This document shows, one piece after another, positions 39,625 through 40,741 of a stretch of DNA of 40,741 bases; positions within the stretch are counted from its first letter, which is position 1; every line of letters begins with the position of its first letter. The DNA comes from a virus (lineage: Duplodnaviria; Caudoviricetes), in IMG/VR virus record IMGVR_UViG_3300028072_000011, positions 1 through 40,741 of that record, one strand, 5' to 3'. The notes below the pieces were generated by a model. The model was given only the letters and a program-made list of their open reading frames with translations. It did no database searches and had not been told where the DNA came from. Both the position numbers and the translations under genes were made by a program.

Positions 39625-40176
39625 ATGAATTTGTTTTTAAGCCCACATGACGACGATAACGTACTTTTTGGAGCATTCACATGTATGAGGGAAAAGCCAT
39701 GTGTAGCTATCGTAGCGGATAGTTATAGGCAACCAATGCGAGGAGAAATAGGATGTGATGCAATAACAAGAGCAGAAGAAACATTAAGGGCCTGCTCAAT
39801 ATTGGGCTGTGGTGTGGTCCGCTTTGGTATTGGCGATAACTATGATGATGAAACGTTTGAAGCATGTGTTAGGCGTTCATTAGTTAATTTTCAGGGGTTT
39901 GAGAAGATTTATGCCCCTGCCATTCTTGAAAATGGAAACGCACAGCATAACATTGTAGGCAAAGTAGCCGGTGAAACTTTTGGAAATAGGGTTGTATACT
40001 ATATGACGTATACAAGAGATAACCTTTATATCAAAGCCAACACTGAAATTATACCAACATTAGATGAATTAAGGATTAAAGAAAATGCGTTAAGTTGTTT
40101 TCAATCACAAATAAAATTAAATGCCACAAGACCGCACTTTGATGCAGTTAGAGGTAAAAGCGAATGGATACTTTAA
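39625..40176 (+). CDS. PIG-L/LmbE-family N-deacetylase
   Basis: LSPHDDD..LF, RAEE...AC.ILG, GNAQH, K..AL.CF.SQ. Confidence 0.85.
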   Translation: MNLFLSPHDDDNVLFGAFTCMREKPCVAIVADSYRQPMRGEIGCDAITRAEETLRACSILGCGVVRFGIGDNYDDETFEACVRRSLVNFQGFEKIYAPAILENGNAQHNIVGKVAGETFGNRVVYYMTYTRDNLYIKANTEIIPTLDELRIKENALSCFQSQIKLNATRPHFDAVRGKSEWIL

Positions 40177-40741
40177 GATCAATTATTATAGGGTTTGAAG
40201 GGGAAGTGGGAAGTGCCATAAAAGAAATACTACAAGAAGCATACCCTGACCATGTTTCAGGTATTGATGTGCATGGAAAACATACTGACAGTTTTGGCAG
40301 TTTGACAGGAAGTTTTGATATTATGCATATTTGTTTTGGTCACTCAAAGGATTTTATAAAAATTGTGCAAGAGTACCAAAAAAGATACCAACCAACATAT
40401 ACAGTTATACACAGTACAGTACCATTGGGAACTACTGAAATACTAAATCACACTTCATATACTGTTCATTCCCCAATTCGTGGACTGCACCCAAAACTAA
40501 AACAAGGCATATTAACATTCCCAAAGTTTATTGGTGGTCCGGCCGCTTCTCATGTAGCTGATTATTTTAGAAAGGCAGGAATGAAAGTAGTCATATTTGA
40601 CAGATCTGCAACCACAGAAGCATTAAAGTTATTTGACACTGAATATTACCGGCACTGCATTGAGTTTGCACAAAGGGTTAAAAAATACTGTGATAAGCAC
40701 CAATTAAATTTTTCAGAAGTGTATACTATCCCAAATATTAC
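40164..40741 (+). CDS. 5' part of a UDP-glucose/GDP-mannose dehydrogenase-like protein (234 aa in total after circularisation, ends at 254)
   Basis: MDTLRSIIIGFEGEVGSAI Rossmann start, MHICF, VIHSTVPLGTT, HSPIRG, TTEALKL. Confidence 0.8.
   Translation, partial: MDTLRSIIIGFEGEVGSAIKEILQEAYPDHVSGIDVHGKHTDSFGSLTGSFDIMHICFGHSKDFIKIVQEYQKRYQPTYTVIHSTVPLGTTEILNHTSYTVHSPIRGLHPKLKQGILTFPKFIGGPAASHVADYFRKAGMKVVIFDRSATTEALKLFDTEYYRHCIEFAQRVKKYCDKHQLNFSEVYTIPNI
40615..40741. repeat. Terminal direct repeat (right copy)
   Basis: Identical to 1-127. Confidence 0.95.

Noticed and set aside
40615-40741. 127-bp terminal repeat as a biological direct terminal repeat
   Set aside because: The length equals a common assembler k-mer and it falls mid-gene; it shows circularity or permutation only.

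Overview
The window is an apparently complete, circularly assembled dsDNA tailed-phage genome. Bases 1-127 are identical to 40615-40741, so the unique length is 40,614 bp, and one ORF runs across the join. Almost all genes are on the + strand. Modules in circular order: lysis (5.7-8.7 kb: holin-like membrane proteins, a papain-like C1 peptidase with a peptidoglycan-binding domain, an SLT/Rpf-like muramidase); early/replication (8.7-14.9 kb: HTH, PD-(D/E)XK nuclease, SSB-like protein, replication initiator with internal iterons, YopX, Acb2/Tad1-like protein, DUF1064 nuclease); a GroEL-like chaperonin; terminases, portal, scaffold and capsid; podovirus-type tail and ejection proteins; three Thr-rich (Gly-X-Thr) collagen-like fibre proteins; and, directly downstream and across the join, a ~7.6 kb glycan-biosynthesis operon (TPR-GT2, PIG-L deacetylase, NDP-sugar dehydrogenase, Gmd, acetyltransferase, two methyltransferases, DUF6625, SDR, nucleotidyltransferase, second GT). 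The best candidate novel system is a self-contained, BclA-like glycosylated-collagen virion coat in a 40 kb phage. Start codons lack Shine-Dalgarno motifs while promoters are sigma70-like, which suggests a Patescibacteria (CPR)-type host (inference). All functional calls come from motif recognition by eye; no database searches were run.
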